Assembly (NCBI GenBank): GCA_039029135.1
Contig: JBCCGT010000002.1
Location: 86,714-150,713 of the forward strand
Reading direction: 5' to 3'
Length of the DNA stretch: 64,000 nucleotides
Source of the DNA: Pseudomonadota bacterium
GTDB taxonomy: Bacteria; Pseudomonadota; Gammaproteobacteria; Pseudomonadales; Azotimanducaceae
Below are positions 1 through 11,200 of the stretch, piece after piece. Below the pieces are notes generated by a model. It was not told the DNA's origin. It did no database searches and worked only from the letters and a program-made list of their open reading frames with translations. Every line of letters starts with the position of its first letter. Position 1 is the stretch's first letter. The translations under genes were made by a program, and so were the position numbers.

Positions 1-535
1 TCGGCGCTTCGTTGACGTCCGTGATCGTCACGGTCAGCGTGCCGCTGAACGCAGCACCCGCGGCGTCCTCGGCCACCACCGGCAGCGTCACCGCGGTGTC
101 GGTCTCGAAATCGAACGCCCTACCCGGCGCGAGCGAAAGCTGATCGCCGACGATGCTGAATCGCGGATCCGTCGTGGAGAAGCTGTGCGTGTCTGCACTG
201 TCGACGTCGAGCGCCGACAGGGTGCCAAGAACTGCCCCCGGGGCGTTCTCGGGCACGGAAAAATTGAGAGGGTCGACCCCATAAGGCGGGGAGTTACCCG
301 CCGCGGGGTCCGTGATCACCGTCGCGTCGGCGGTGATCTGAACGCCAGTACCGGCGTTCGTGAAGTTCGCAATGGCCTGGTTGGTGATGGCTATACCGGG
401 ATCGATCGCCCACGCGGACGACGTGCCCACCAGCGCGCCGACGGCGCAGCACAGCGCTCCCAGAAACGACAACAGGCGCCCGCGGCAAAGTGCCGTGGGC
501 GCCCGGTCGTAAGCCTTTAACCAGGCGGCTTCCAT
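1..535 (-). CDS. secreted cadherin-repeat protein (N-terminal part; gene continues beyond the left window edge)
   Basis: Absent from the ORF track because it runs off the edge. I translated the minus strand by hand from the ATG at 535-533. It gives MEAAWLKAYDRAPTALCRGRLLSFLGALCCAVGALVGTSSAWA (signal peptide), then ...FSVPENAPGAVLGTLSALDVDSADTHSF...TLTVTITDVNEAP, a textbook cadherin-repeat pattern. There is no stop down to position 1. Confidence 0.6.
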   Translation of the reverse strand, partial: MEAAWLKAYDRAPTALCRGRLLSFLGALCCAVGALVGTSSAWAIDPGIAITNQAIANFTNAGTGVQITADATVITDPAAGNSPPYGVDPLNFSVPENAPGAVLGTLSALDVDSADTHSFSTTDPRFSIVGDQLSLAPGRAFDFETDTAVTLPVVAEDAAGAAFSGTLTVTITDVNEAP

Positions 536-547
536 GCAGCGAGCGGT

Positions 548-1945
548 CTAGACTTCGCCGTCGACCGTCACGAAGTAGATGACGTAGCCATCCTCTTGCG
601 GCGCACAGTCACCGATCGTCACATCGATCTCCGGGTTGACCTGCGCCGTGTCGATACCGTCCACGACCGTGTCGCCCGAATAGGCGGTCGGCCCCTGAGT
701 GCCTACGCAGTCCTGCGTGTTGACCTGCGCCATGTCGATCGCGCCCGCCCCGCCAAGCGGCAGCGCAAAGGTCACGTTGTTAACGCCGGCACCAGAGTCG
801 ACGTCGACGGTGACCGAGGCCGGGGCGTTGACCGCCACGCCGCTGTTGTTGCCCTCATCGATCGGCTCGGGATCGGCGCCGGTCGCGCCGTCTTCGAGGT
901 TGTCCGCGACCTGCACGTCCTCGATGGTGACGCCCGCAACGGGCTCTGAGTTCTGGAAGCCGATGACGTACATCAAGACGGCGCCAGGGATGCTCTTCGG
1001 ATTGACCGCGGGCGCAACGGGCGCGCCAGCGCCGTCGTACTTGTTGCCCTGGATGGGGTCGTAGATGGCCTCGACCAGCTTGGCGACCTGCAGCTGAATC
1101 TGGGTGATGATGAACGAGCTCGTGTCCGAGTGCTGGCCGTTGGACGCATCGTCCGCCCCGGCGAACGGCGCACCCACGCCCGTCTCGAAGTCGTAGCGCG
1201 TGTCTTCCGGATCTGCGCCCGCAATGTCGGCGAACACGAACTGCTCGACCAGCGGGTCGTCAGCGACATCGTTCGGCGTAATGGCCGTCGTGGACGGCGC
1301 GATGTGGCCGCTGTCGTCACGATTGATGGCGACCTGCAGGCCGTCGTGGTGGGTCGCGACCAGCGTGTAGGTGGCCGCTTCGTCGGCTGCGGCCGCGGCC
1401 GGGACGTCGACGACCAGCAGGATCGTCGAGGTCGCGTCCGCCGCGACAGAGCCGAGATCGTAGTAGTTCGTGCCGCCGACCAGCGGTACGACCGTGTCGA
1501 CGCCGTCGTCGAACACGCCGTTGCCGTTGTCGTCGAGGGCAAGCTGTAGCGCGTCTTCGTCGAAGAAGCCTGTCGGCGAGCCCGCGAAGCCGGTCACCGC
1601 GGTGCCGTCCTTGTCGGCGACGCCGAGCAGGATGTCGGCCGCAGAGTTACCGGTGTTCTGCACGGTAAACACCAGCGCGGGGACGCCGGTCTGACCGACA
1701 AATTCCTGGCCAGTGGTCACGCTGACGTAGTCGCTGTCCGAGCTCGCCACAACGAGCGAGAGCTTACGGTCGACGACAAAATCAACGCTGGTGGTTTCCT
1801 GCAGGGAACCGCCGTTGACCGTGTAGTCGAGGGTCACCGCGTTGGTGACGGTCGCTCCTGCCGCGGTACCGGCGGCGAAGGTCGGCGTGGCGACCAGCGC
1901 TGTCAGTCCGAGGAGGACGAGTCTGAGGGTTTTTGAGTACTGCAT
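548..1945 (-). CDS. secreted surface protein with DUF11-like repeats (465 aa)
   Basis: ATG start. Signal peptide MQYSKTLRLVLLGLTALVATPTFAAG. Thr/Val/Asp/Gly-rich beta-type composition. The N-terminal motif AAGTAAGATVTN is shared with the 379-aa neighbour. Confidence 0.6.
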   Translation of the reverse strand: MQYSKTLRLVLLGLTALVATPTFAAGTAAGATVTNAVTLDYTVNGGSLQETTSVDFVVDRKLSLVVASSDSDYVSVTTGQEFVGQTGVPALVFTVQNTGNSAADILLGVADKDGTAVTGFAGSPTGFFDEDALQLALDDNGNGVFDDGVDTVVPLVGGTNYYDLGSVAADATSTILLVVDVPAAAAADEAATYTLVATHHDGLQVAINRDDSGHIAPSTTAITPNDVADDPLVEQFVFADIAGADPEDTRYDFETGVGAPFAGADDASNGQHSDTSSFIITQIQLQVAKLVEAIYDPIQGNKYDGAGAPVAPAVNPKSIPGAVLMYVIGFQNSEPVAGVTIEDVQVADNLEDGATGADPEPIDEGNNSGVAVNAPASVTVDVDSGAGVNNVTFALPLGGAGAIDMAQVNTQDCVGTQGPTAYSGDTVVDGIDTAQVNPEIDVTIGDCAPQEDGYVIYFVTVDGEV

Positions 1946-2052
1946 GGTGCTCTTCCTGGTTAAAGGTCAAACGCCCGCATGTCTGCGGGCGATCCTGCAC
2001 GCCCCTCGCGGAGCACGCCGCCCCCGAAGGGGCACTAAGCCGGTGTCCCGCG

Positions 2053-2562
2053 CTACTTCAGTCGCACGTTGAAGGACACCGTTCCGGTTTCGCCCGGCTC
2101 GAGAGCGGGCTGATAGACCCAGCGAATCGTCGTGTAATCACGCGCGTTCGCCGGTTCCACGGAATCTCTGCCGTCGTTGCCAGCGACGGTGCGAACCAAT
2201 CCCGCCGGGACGCCGAAGCGCGCGCCGGAATCGATGGAAAAAAAGATGTCACTGCCCTTGCCTCCGGCCGTACCGTCGAGGTACTCGGTGTTCGCCGGGA
2301 TGGGGTTGGTGATCACGACGCTCTTCGCGTCAACGGCCTCGGTGCCCACGTTGCGAAACTCGACCGCGTAGTGGAGTTCGTCTCCGGGCACCACCTGATT
2401 CGGCGGCAGCATGCGGCGCTGCACCTGGCCGTCCGCGTCGACAAAGCGTTCGACCTTGTAGACCACGTTGACGAGTTCGATTCGCGCCTCGGCGGCGGGT
2501 ACCGCGCCGAGGGTGGCAAGCGCAAACAGCAGCATGGCCGCCCTTGAGTAGATCTGGTTCAT
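2053..2562 (-). CDS. DUF11 domain-containing secreted protein (169 aa from the internal ATG)
   Basis: The internal ATG at 2562 is preceded by GAGGAA. Signal peptide MNQIYSRAAMLLFALATLGAVPAAEA. Typical DUF11 pattern: PGDELHYAVEFRNVGTEAVDAKSVVITNPIPANTEYL...PGETGTVSFNVRLK. Confidence 0.65.
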   Translation of the reverse strand: MNQIYSRAAMLLFALATLGAVPAAEARIELVNVVYKVERFVDADGQVQRRMLPPNQVVPGDELHYAVEFRNVGTEAVDAKSVVITNPIPANTEYLDGTAGGKGSDIFFSIDSGARFGVPAGLVRTVAGNDGRDSVEPANARDYTTIRWVYQPALEPGETGTVSFNVRLK

Positions 2563-2672
2563 CGTTGGTTCCTCGTGTGTTCCTCTACGTGTCGCAGCGA
2601 TCGCATCTGTTGTGCTCGTCTGCCTGATAGCCCGTCTCCGGGTCGATTGTTCTGTCGTTCTCAAGACACTCA

Positions 2673-3749
2673 TCAGCGCACCACCGCCTGAAAAGTGATG
2701 GAGTAGCTCACCGGCCCGACCACATCGCCAAAGCGCACTTCCAGCGCCTGGGCGAGCGGATCAAAGCCGGTGTTGTCCACGCCGGCGGGCAGGAAGTCGT
2801 CGTCAAATTCTTCGCCGGCCGGCAGCGCGCTCACCTGCAGCGAGGCGGGCTGATAGGCGAGTTCGACGGGCAGCGGATCAGTAACGGTCAGCGCCGTCGC
2901 GCTGCCACCGACGGGCAGGGTGACGCTGATCTCGTAGTCGATGACGCTGCCCGACACGACGGTGGTGCCGCCGCCGGGGTCCGCCACGCCCAAAACCGCT
3001 TTGCTGATCGACAGCGTCGGGGTCGTGACGAGAAAGTCGTGACTGGCCGCGAACTGGGGCGCGCCGGTGTCGTAGGTCGCGCCGACCATGGCAACGACCA
3101 GGCCGCCGTCCCCCTGTCCCGAGTAGCTGGTGCCCGGCACGGGAAAGGCGGGCTGGGTCGGGTCGCTGGTGCCCGCGCCGTCGACGATCGTGCGGGCGAC
3201 GCCGCGCAGGGTCATGAGGCCGACGTCGTTGTCCGCAAGCCCGGCGGGAATGTCCGCGGTGACATACACGATGAGCGCCTCGTCGGCCGCGAGCAGCGGG
3301 TCATTGCCGCCGGGAACGTAGGGGTCATCTCCTCCCGGACCGGTCTGCAGGCCGAGCTGGCCGTTGCTCTCGATAAACAGGGTCGCAAGCTGCGGGTCGA
3401 AGTCATCGCCCGGCACCGCATCCAGCGCCTGCAGGCGAAACGCCTCCTGGCCGTTACCCAGGTTGGTCAGCCGGTACTGCTGGACGGCGGCCGTCTGGGT
3501 GGCGAAGACGCCCACGGGCCCAACGTCCACGCTGGTTAGCGCGACCTCGAGCAGTTCGTCGACCCGGAACAGGACGCTCGCGCGGGCCGTCGGCTGATTG
3601 ACGCCGCCGATGGTGAAGCTGGCCTCGGCCGAGTTGAGCACAGGCACGCCGGCCGCCGTTCCCGTGGCGGCGAGCGACGGCGAAAACAGCTGCGCACAGC
3701 CCGCCAGCAGGATCGCGTACGCGCCCCGCCGAGTCGAATTCGAATCCAC
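2673..3749 (-). CDS. DUF11-like secreted protein or lipoprotein (start uncertain; ORF maximum extends to 3812)
   Basis: A GTG at 3749 gives VDSNSTRRGAYAILLAGCAQ, which contains a lipobox-like LAGC. It continues AATGTAAGVPVLN... and ends with DUF11-like SGSVIDYEISVTLPVGGSATALTVTDPLP. Confidence 0.55.
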   Translation of the reverse strand: MDSNSTRRGAYAILLAGCAQLFSPSLAATGTAAGVPVLNSAEASFTIGGVNQPTARASVLFRVDELLEVALTSVDVGPVGVFATQTAAVQQYRLTNLGNGQEAFRLQALDAVPGDDFDPQLATLFIESNGQLGLQTGPGGDDPYVPGGNDPLLAADEALIVYVTADIPAGLADNDVGLMTLRGVARTIVDGAGTSDPTQPAFPVPGTSYSGQGDGGLVVAMVGATYDTGAPQFAASHDFLVTTPTLSISKAVLGVADPGGGTTVVSGSVIDYEISVTLPVGGSATALTVTDPLPVELAYQPASLQVSALPAGEEFDDDFLPAGVDNTGFDPLAQALEVRFGDVVGPVSYSITFQAVVR

Positions 3750-4061
3750 GGACGTCGCTTGCAGCCGCTCCTCTGAGCGAGCTTTCTCGACGCACGTCGC
3801 TGTGCACACCACCAGTTACCCCATCGTTGGAGACTTACTGGCAGGACTCTATTGGGACCGGTAGCGGCAACCGTGACGCAGTACACAGTGGCGTCAGGCC
3901 ATCGTAAAAAAGATGGATCAGTGCCAGAACTTTGGTGAATCAGCGCAAATTGCTTTGCATAATCGGCGGAAGAGACAGTTTCCCGGCACCGACTCCGCCG
4001 GCCGGTGTCACCCGTTCCCGGACCGGCTTCGTAAGGGCACTTCGAGGCGAGCTTTGTCGCG

Positions 4062-4295
4062 TCAGGCCGGCGGCGCGTCCTCAGCTCGATACAGCGTCGT
4101 GCTGTCGAGTTCGGCGTCGTAGACGATCACCACATCGCCTCGGCGCAGCTGCGCCAATACCGCCTCGCGCTTGGCCGTCAGCGTGACCCGGTCGGCATCC
4201 GGATCGATACCGTAATCGGTACCCTCGCGCAGCACGAAGTCGTCGATCACGCCCTCGAGCGCGGCGGTGGACAAAAGGTCGTAGGGAATTCTCAT
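4062..4295 (-). CDS. yheU: YheU family protein (UPF0270)
   Basis: 77 aa. IDDFVLREGTDYG...VVIVYD matches the E. coli YheU pattern (ESFVLREGTDYGE...). Confidence 0.7.
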   Translation of the reverse strand: MRIPYDLLSTAALEGVIDDFVLREGTDYGIDPDADRVTLTAKREAVLAQLRRGDVVIVYDAELDSTTLYRAEDAPPA

Positions 4296-4507
4296 AGCGC
4301 GACTGACCGTTTGGTGGCTGCGGCGACTCCTTGTAGCTGCAGCTCCCCCGGAGAGGGTCTCTGCATTGACCCTTTTCGTGAAGTTATCCGCATATCACCG
4401 TCTGGCGGAAGGGTATGCTATTGAACCGCTCGGCATACAATGCCTTACTGGACAGAACAAGACCGGCTCCGCGCAGCGAACGCGGCGGTTCCAACGGGAT
4501 TGGGAAC

Positions 4508-5215
4508 ATGGCAGAACAAGAACACATTCTCGTCGTCGAAGACGAACCTATTACGCGCGAGCAGCTCGTCAGCTATTTCGAAGAGGAAGGCTTTCGCGTC
4601 ACGTCGGCCGCCACCGGTGACGAGGTGCTGCCCGCGCTCGAGAATTCTGACGTCACGCTCGTGCTCCTGGACATCAAGCTGCCCGGCAAGGACGGCCTGA
4701 CGCTGACCCGCGAGATACGCGTGCAGTCGGACGTCGGTATCATTCTCGTGACCAGCAAGCAGGAACAGATCGACCGCATCCTCGGTCTCGAAAGCGGCGC
4801 CGATGACTACGTCACCAAGCCGTTCGATCCCCGCGAGCTGCTCAGCCGTGCCCGCAACCTGATTCGTCGGGTACAGATGCAGCAAAAGCAGCGGCGCAAG
4901 AATCACCTGCGCAAGTTCGACGGCTGGACGCTCGACCTGAACAAACGCGAACTCACCTCTCCCGACGGCAGTCAGCAGAGCCTGTCCGCAGGCGAGTATC
5001 AGCTGCTGCTCGCGTTCATGGAACAGGCGGGTGAGGTCATGAACCGCGATCAGCTCATGAACCGTATCCGCAACCGCGAGTGGTTCCCCGACGACCGCTA
5101 CATCGACGTCCTCGTCGGCCAGCTACGCAAGAAGCTAGGCGAGAAGGCGGCCAACGCCAAGATCATCTCGACCATCCACGGCACCGGCTATCTGTTCACG
5201 CCCGAAGTGGCCTAA
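4508..5215 (+). CDS. OmpR-family response regulator, ArcA/TorR-like
   Basis: ATG at 4508 (MAEQEHILVVEDEP). REC domain with LLDIKLPGKDG. Winged-helix C-terminus ends ...ISTIHGTGYLF. Colinear with E. coli ArcA. Confidence 0.85.
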   Translation: MAEQEHILVVEDEPITREQLVSYFEEEGFRVTSAATGDEVLPALENSDVTLVLLDIKLPGKDGLTLTREIRVQSDVGIILVTSKQEQIDRILGLESGADDYVTKPFDPRELLSRARNLIRRVQMQQKQRRKNHLRKFDGWTLDLNKRELTSPDGSQQSLSAGEYQLLLAFMEQAGEVMNRDQLMNRIRNREWFPDDRYIDVLVGQLRKKLGEKAANAKIISTIHGTGYLFTPEVA

Positions 5216-5282
5216 ACTCCGGGCGAACTCACGCGGGTAACTACCGCGCGCGACGCGCGGGCACCGGTCAGGGATCTTCGAT

Positions 5283-8200
5283 ATGCCGAGCGGCGAGGCC
5301 AGCGGTGGTTCTGACGACCGCACCCCCAGCGCGTCCAAGGGCGCCACCGAGAACACGCGGGGCGGGCACACCCATCTCGATAGCCAAGCCGATCAAGCCA
5401 GCACGGCCACGCCGGACACCGCCGGCGAGCGCCGCGCGACGGTCCTGGAGCGCGGCGAGCCGAGCGCGTTAGCGGACGAGACCATTTACGAATCCGCCTC
5501 GACGATCGTCCACCGACGCACTCAGGACGGCGTCCGCGTCATCTGCAAAGCGCTAAAACCTCACGCCGCCACGCCGACGGCGATCAGTCGCTACTACCAC
5601 GAGTTCGCGATCAACCAGTCCCTGACCTCGGCCTACGTCTGTCGCGCGCTCAGCTTCGACGAGCGTGTACCCGAGATCACTTTGGAAGACGGCGAGGGCC
5701 AGGCGCTGAAGACCCTGATCAGGGACGACGCGCTGAGCTGGGAGGACCGCCTGTTCATCGCGGCAGAGCTGTGCAGCGCGGTGCAGTCGATCCACGACGA
5801 GGGCGCTGTGCATCGCGACCTCAACCCGGCCAACGTCGTCGTCAACCTGACGCGCCAAAGCCTGCACCTGATCGACTTCGGACTCGCGACGCTGTCCACC
5901 CGGGAGTATCCCGAACTCGACCAGCTGGGCGCCCTGACGGGGACGCTGCCCTATATCTCGCCCGAGCAGACCGGTCGGGTGAATCGCGTCGTGGATTACC
6001 GCACGGATCTGTACTCGCTTGGGGCGACGCTCTACGAGCTGTTCGCCGGAACGCCGCCGTTCCCCTTCACGGATCCGCTCGAGCTGATTCACAGCCACAT
6101 TGCTCGCACGCCCACGCCGCTCGCCGAGGCGGATCGCAAGCTGCCCCAGTGGCTCTCCGATATCGTCGCCAAACTGCTCGCCAAGCAGCCGGAGGATCGC
6201 TATCAGACGGCCGGCGCCGCCGGGGTCGATCTGCAGCGGGCGAGTCAGGACGGCGAGGCGCGCAGCGCGTCTTTCGCGCTCGGTCGGACGGACTCGAAGC
6301 ACCAGCTGACCCTGCCGCAGGCCCTCTACGGCCGGCAACCGGAACAGAAGAAGCTGGCGGAGCTCATCGAGCGGGCGCACGACGGCGAGTCGCTGATCGT
6401 CCACATGTTCGGGCCACGCGGTGTCGGCAAGCAGAGCCTGACGCGCAGCTACGGGGCGCAGTTTCGCGACGGCGGCGGCCTGACCGCGCGCTTCGATTGC
6501 TCGATCGGCATGGCCGATATTGCCGAGTGTCAGCTCGAGCTCGCCCGTCAGCTCTTGCGGCAAATACTGAGCAAAGACGACGACACGTCGAACGCCTTTC
6601 TGGCCCGCTTGCGCAATCTGGCGCCGGCGTACACCGAGCAGCTGCGTGCCAACGTGCCCGAGCTGGCCCGCGTGTTTCAGCAGGCCAGTCGACCGGATCC
6701 GCAGCAGCTCGAACGCGACACGCTGCATCAGCTGCTGAAGTCCATCTCCCCGATCAGCGCGCTCGTCGTGCTGGAAAACCCGAATCGCGTCGCACCGGAA
6801 GACCTGCTCGCGCTCATGGACGATTTCATGGCGCTGAACAACACGATCGTCGTGCTATCGATGGAGAACGACTTCGACCTGGGGCTGGACGCATACCGGC
6901 TGCGCACGACCCGCATCGACCTCAAACCCATCGACCGGGCGGCGGTCCGCCTGCTGCTCGCGGAGACTTTCTCGCACAGCGAATCCAAGGTGCGCGAACT
7001 GGCGGCGGAGATCCACGAGAAGACCGAGGGTTATCCGGCGCAGGTGCTGGCGCTGTTGTATGAGCTGCACGCCAACGAGAGCATCTACTACGACGGCGAA
7101 GCGGACGGTTGGTCCTGGCGCCTCGACGCGGTGAAGAGTCACTACTTCACCGACAACAGCGCCGAGCGCATCAGCACGCTGCTGGAACGTCAGTCAGATG
7201 CCGTGCGCAGCCTGCTCGAGGTCGCGTCCTGTATCGGCGGCAGCTTCAACGCACCGGCGCTCGCGCAGCTAACCGGGCTGCCGGAGGCGGACGTCGCGCA
7301 GCTGATACATCAGGCCGCCAGCGCGGGTCTGATCGCCGTCCGCGAGACCGGCTTCGAGGACGGCCCGGTCTACGGCTTTTCTCACGCCGACATCCGCGGC
7401 CGCATCTACGCGGACCTGGATGAAGGACGCAAGAGCATCCTGCACAACGGCATCGCCGATCATCTGATGTCCCGCTCGACCGGCATCGCCACCAATTCGA
7501 ATCAGACCGTGCGGCTCGAAGGCGAGCGCCTGATTCTGATGGCCGAACACCTGAACGCCGCCACCGATCCACTGGACTCCAGCCCAGACAAGCTGCAGCA
7601 GGTCGCCTACCACAACCTACTCGCGGCGAAAGAGCTGATCCGCCAGGCCGACTATCGCGCCGCCTTCAATCTCGCGCACACCGCGCTGCGGCTGTATCTG
7701 CAGGGCGACTTGTCGTCGTCGCTCTTGAACCAGGAGCTGACGCTCTGCGCGGCAGAGGCGGCCTACCTGTGCCCCGACTACGAGCAGCTCGAACGCCTGC
7801 TGGCCGACAACCAGCTGCCGAGCGCGACGCTGGCCGAGTTCGAGATTCGCATGGCGTATGCCAAGGGCGATCTAACGCGCGCGGCGAGCCTGGTGCAGAA
7901 AACGCTCACGGCGCTGCCTAACATCGACGAACTGCGCAGCCGGCCGATTCTTGAGCGCCTGACGGACTTCGGCCAATCCGGCCCGACGCTGCCTCGCCTA
8001 CCCGAGTCGACGAGCGACGCTGCCTACCAGCAGGCGCTGCGGCTGTGCGGCTACGCCCTGCCGGGCGCGCTGCAAACCGGTAATCGTGCGCTGATCCGCG
8101 AGTGGTGCGAGCTGGCCCGGCGCGGCAATCGCTTCGGCTACGCCCCGGAACAGGCCGCACTGTTCGCCGCCGCTGCTGCCGTCGCCCAGTCGCAGGGCAG

Positions 8201-11200
8201 GCGCGGCGCCGGCCTCGCGCAGGCGGCGCGGACCGTCATCAAGCAGTGGCCAGAGGCGATCTTCAGCGCCCGGGCGCGAGGCATCCTGAGCGCGCTCTAC
8301 GAACCCTGGCACACGCCGATCGACCTCGCGGTAAGCAACCTCTCCGACAGCCTGCGCGAACTGCTGGCCAGCCGCGACTACGAGTTTGCCGGCCTGCTGC
8401 TGCACTGGTTCGCGAGCAACGCGATGCTGCGCGGCACCGATCTGACCTCGCTCGCGCGACGCTTGAAGGCGCACATGGAACAGCTCGCCGACTTCGGCGA
8501 GATCACCAACGTTGCAGCGGTGTTTCACCTCGAGCGGATCATTCAAAGCTATATCGGCGACAAGCTCGACGCGGGCGCCGAGGTGGTGCAGCCGCTGTTC
8601 GAAGACGTGCCGCAGATCGACAACCCCGCTGACCGGCTGACCCGCGCAACCATCTACTGCCAGCGGGCATACTACGCGGTGATCTTCAACGATCCGGACG
8701 GCGCCCGCGAGATCCTGCCCGCCGCGCGAGAGTACGCCGACGCGCTCATTGGATCGCCGCTGCTCATCCAGCTCGCGTTCTGCGAAGCGCTGGTGGAGGA
8801 CGGATCCAGGCGCCGTCGCGCCATCCGCAGGCTGAGCCGCTGGGCGCGCGAGACGCCGTTCGCTCGGCCGAAGAGCCAGATCGTGCTGGCCGAGGCGCGC
8901 TGGCGCGCGGGCGATCGCAACGGCGCGCTGGAGCTCTTTGAGGCCGCGGCCGCCAGCGCCCGCGAGTTGAGTCTGGTGAACGACGAGGCGCTCGCCTACG
9001 AGCGCGCGGCGCGGCGCTGCGATAGCGAAGGGCGTCGCGATTTTCTGCGCCTGTTCGCCCACAGCGCGCACCGCGCGTACATGCGCTGGGGAGCCGTGGC
9101 GAAACTGACGCAGTTCGAGGAGGCGTTCAGTGCGGCGCTGCGTGAGGCCGGGCGCGACCCCAGCCGCGGCCTGGCAGACATCAGCGACCTCACCGTGCGC
9201 GACTTCCACAGTCACTCGCACACCTACCACAGCCAGGAATTCAACGAGCGGCTGCTCGATACGACGACGGTGCTGCGCGCAGCCCAGGCGCTGTCCGGCG
9301 AGATTCGACTGGACCACGTGCTTGAGAAGCTGCTCGGTCTGACGCTGGAGCACGCGGGCGCGCAGAAGGCGGCCATGCTCCTCAGCACCGAGGGACGTCT
9401 GTATCTGGAGGCGGTCGCCTCCGTGGACTCGGAGCACACTCGGCGGATCAACCCACCGATCCCGATGGAGGCCTCCAGCGAAGTGCCGTTGAACATCGTG
9501 CAGTTTGTCAGCCGCACCAAGCAGGTGCTGGTGCTGGGCGATGCGACCCAGGACGATGCCTTCGTCCAGGATGCCTACATCGCCCGTAACAAACCGCTGT
9601 CGGTACTGTGTCTGCCAATCCTGCATCGGGGCGAGCTGACCGGCGCCCTCTACGTCGAGCACCGCTGGCTATCGGAGGTCTTCACGGAACAGCGCGTCGA
9701 GGTCCTGAGCCTGCTGTCTTCCCAGGCCGCGATATCGATCGAGAACGCACGCCTGTACGGCGACCTGCAGGGCGCTCGCGACGACTACCGCACGCTGTAC
9801 GACAACGCGATCGAGGGGCTGTTTCGAATCTCGCCCCAGGGTGCGCTGCTGCGCGCGAACCCGACGCTGGCGACGCTGCTCGGTTTCGAAAGCGTGGACG
9901 GGCTGTTGCGCGAGTATCGCGACCTGCTGGACAACGTGTTTCTCGAGCAGGATAGATCGCAGGAGTTCATGCGCCGACTGGACGAGACGACCAGCGTCAC
10001 CGCCTTCGAGGCCAAGGCCGTGACGCGCGACGGGCGAGAGTTCTGGATGTCGATCGCCGCGCGCCTGACCGAGGAGCAGGATGTCGGCGAGTACATCGAC
10101 GGCTCGATCATCGACATCACCTCACGCATCGAAAGCGAGCAGGCCGAGAAACAGCGTCAGATCGCGGAGGCCGCCACCCAGGCGAAGAGCGAATTCCTGG
10201 CCAACATGAGCCACGAGATTCGCACGCCGATGAACGCCATCATCGGCTTCTCCGAGCTCACGCTCGACACCGATCTCGATCGCCAGCAGCGCGAGTACAT
10301 CGGCTCTATCAAGCGGGCCAGCGAATCGCTGCTCAGCCTGGTGAACGACGTGCTGGATTTCTCGAAGATCGAGGCCGGCAAGCTCGACCTAGAGCACACG
10401 CCGTTCAAGCTCGATGCGTCGCTGGAGGAACTGCAGCGACTGTTCCGCACCGAGCTGCACAAGAAGAAGCTGCCGCTCGTGGTGCGTAATCACGCCCTGG
10501 CCCACGCGGCCTATCCACAAAACGGCGTGCTGCTGGGTGACTCCCTGCGCCTGCAGCAGGTGCTGGTCAATCTCGTCAGCAACGCGCTGAAGTTCACGGA
10601 GGACGGCGAGATCAGCATCGACGTCGAGTTCGTGGACGCCTTTCCCGACGCGCGCGGCGAAGAGCGCCTGCGGCTGCGTTTCCGCGTTAGCGATACCGGC
10701 ATCGGGATCGCGCCGGAGCAGCAGGCCCGGCTGTTTGACTCCTTCGAGCAGGCCGAGTCGTCGACCACGCGCGAATACGGCGGCACGGGGCTCGGCCTGT
10801 CGATCTGCAAACGCCTGGTCGAGATGATGGGCGGCGAGATCAGCGTGACCTCGGAGGTCGAGCACGGTAGCTGCTTCGCGTTCAGCGCGGTCTTTGGCAA
10901 GGGCAAGGCGGAGATCGAGCGCGGCACGCCGCGCGCGAAGACGCGCGACCGGAGCGCGGCGCTGTTTGCCAATCGGCGCGTGCTGCTCGCCGAAGACAAT
11001 CCAATAAACCAGCAGCTCGCGCTCGCGTTCCTGCAGCGCGCCGGCGCCACCGTTGACATCGCGGAGACCGGTCGGCAGGCCATGGCGCGGGCGGTGGCGA
11101 ACGCGTACGACCTGATCCTGATGGATATCCGCATGCCCGAGATGGATGGCCTGGCCGCCACCCGCAGCCTGCGCGAACAGGGGCTGGAGACGCCGATCAT

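Noticed and set aside
3813-4061. Plus-strand ORFs 3913..4122 and 3932..4186, and the 25308..25490 minus-strand ORF in the spacer upstream of the RND gene
   Set aside because: They are short and Arg-rich, with no RBS or motif support. They either overlap the yheU 3' end or lie in probable promoter regions.
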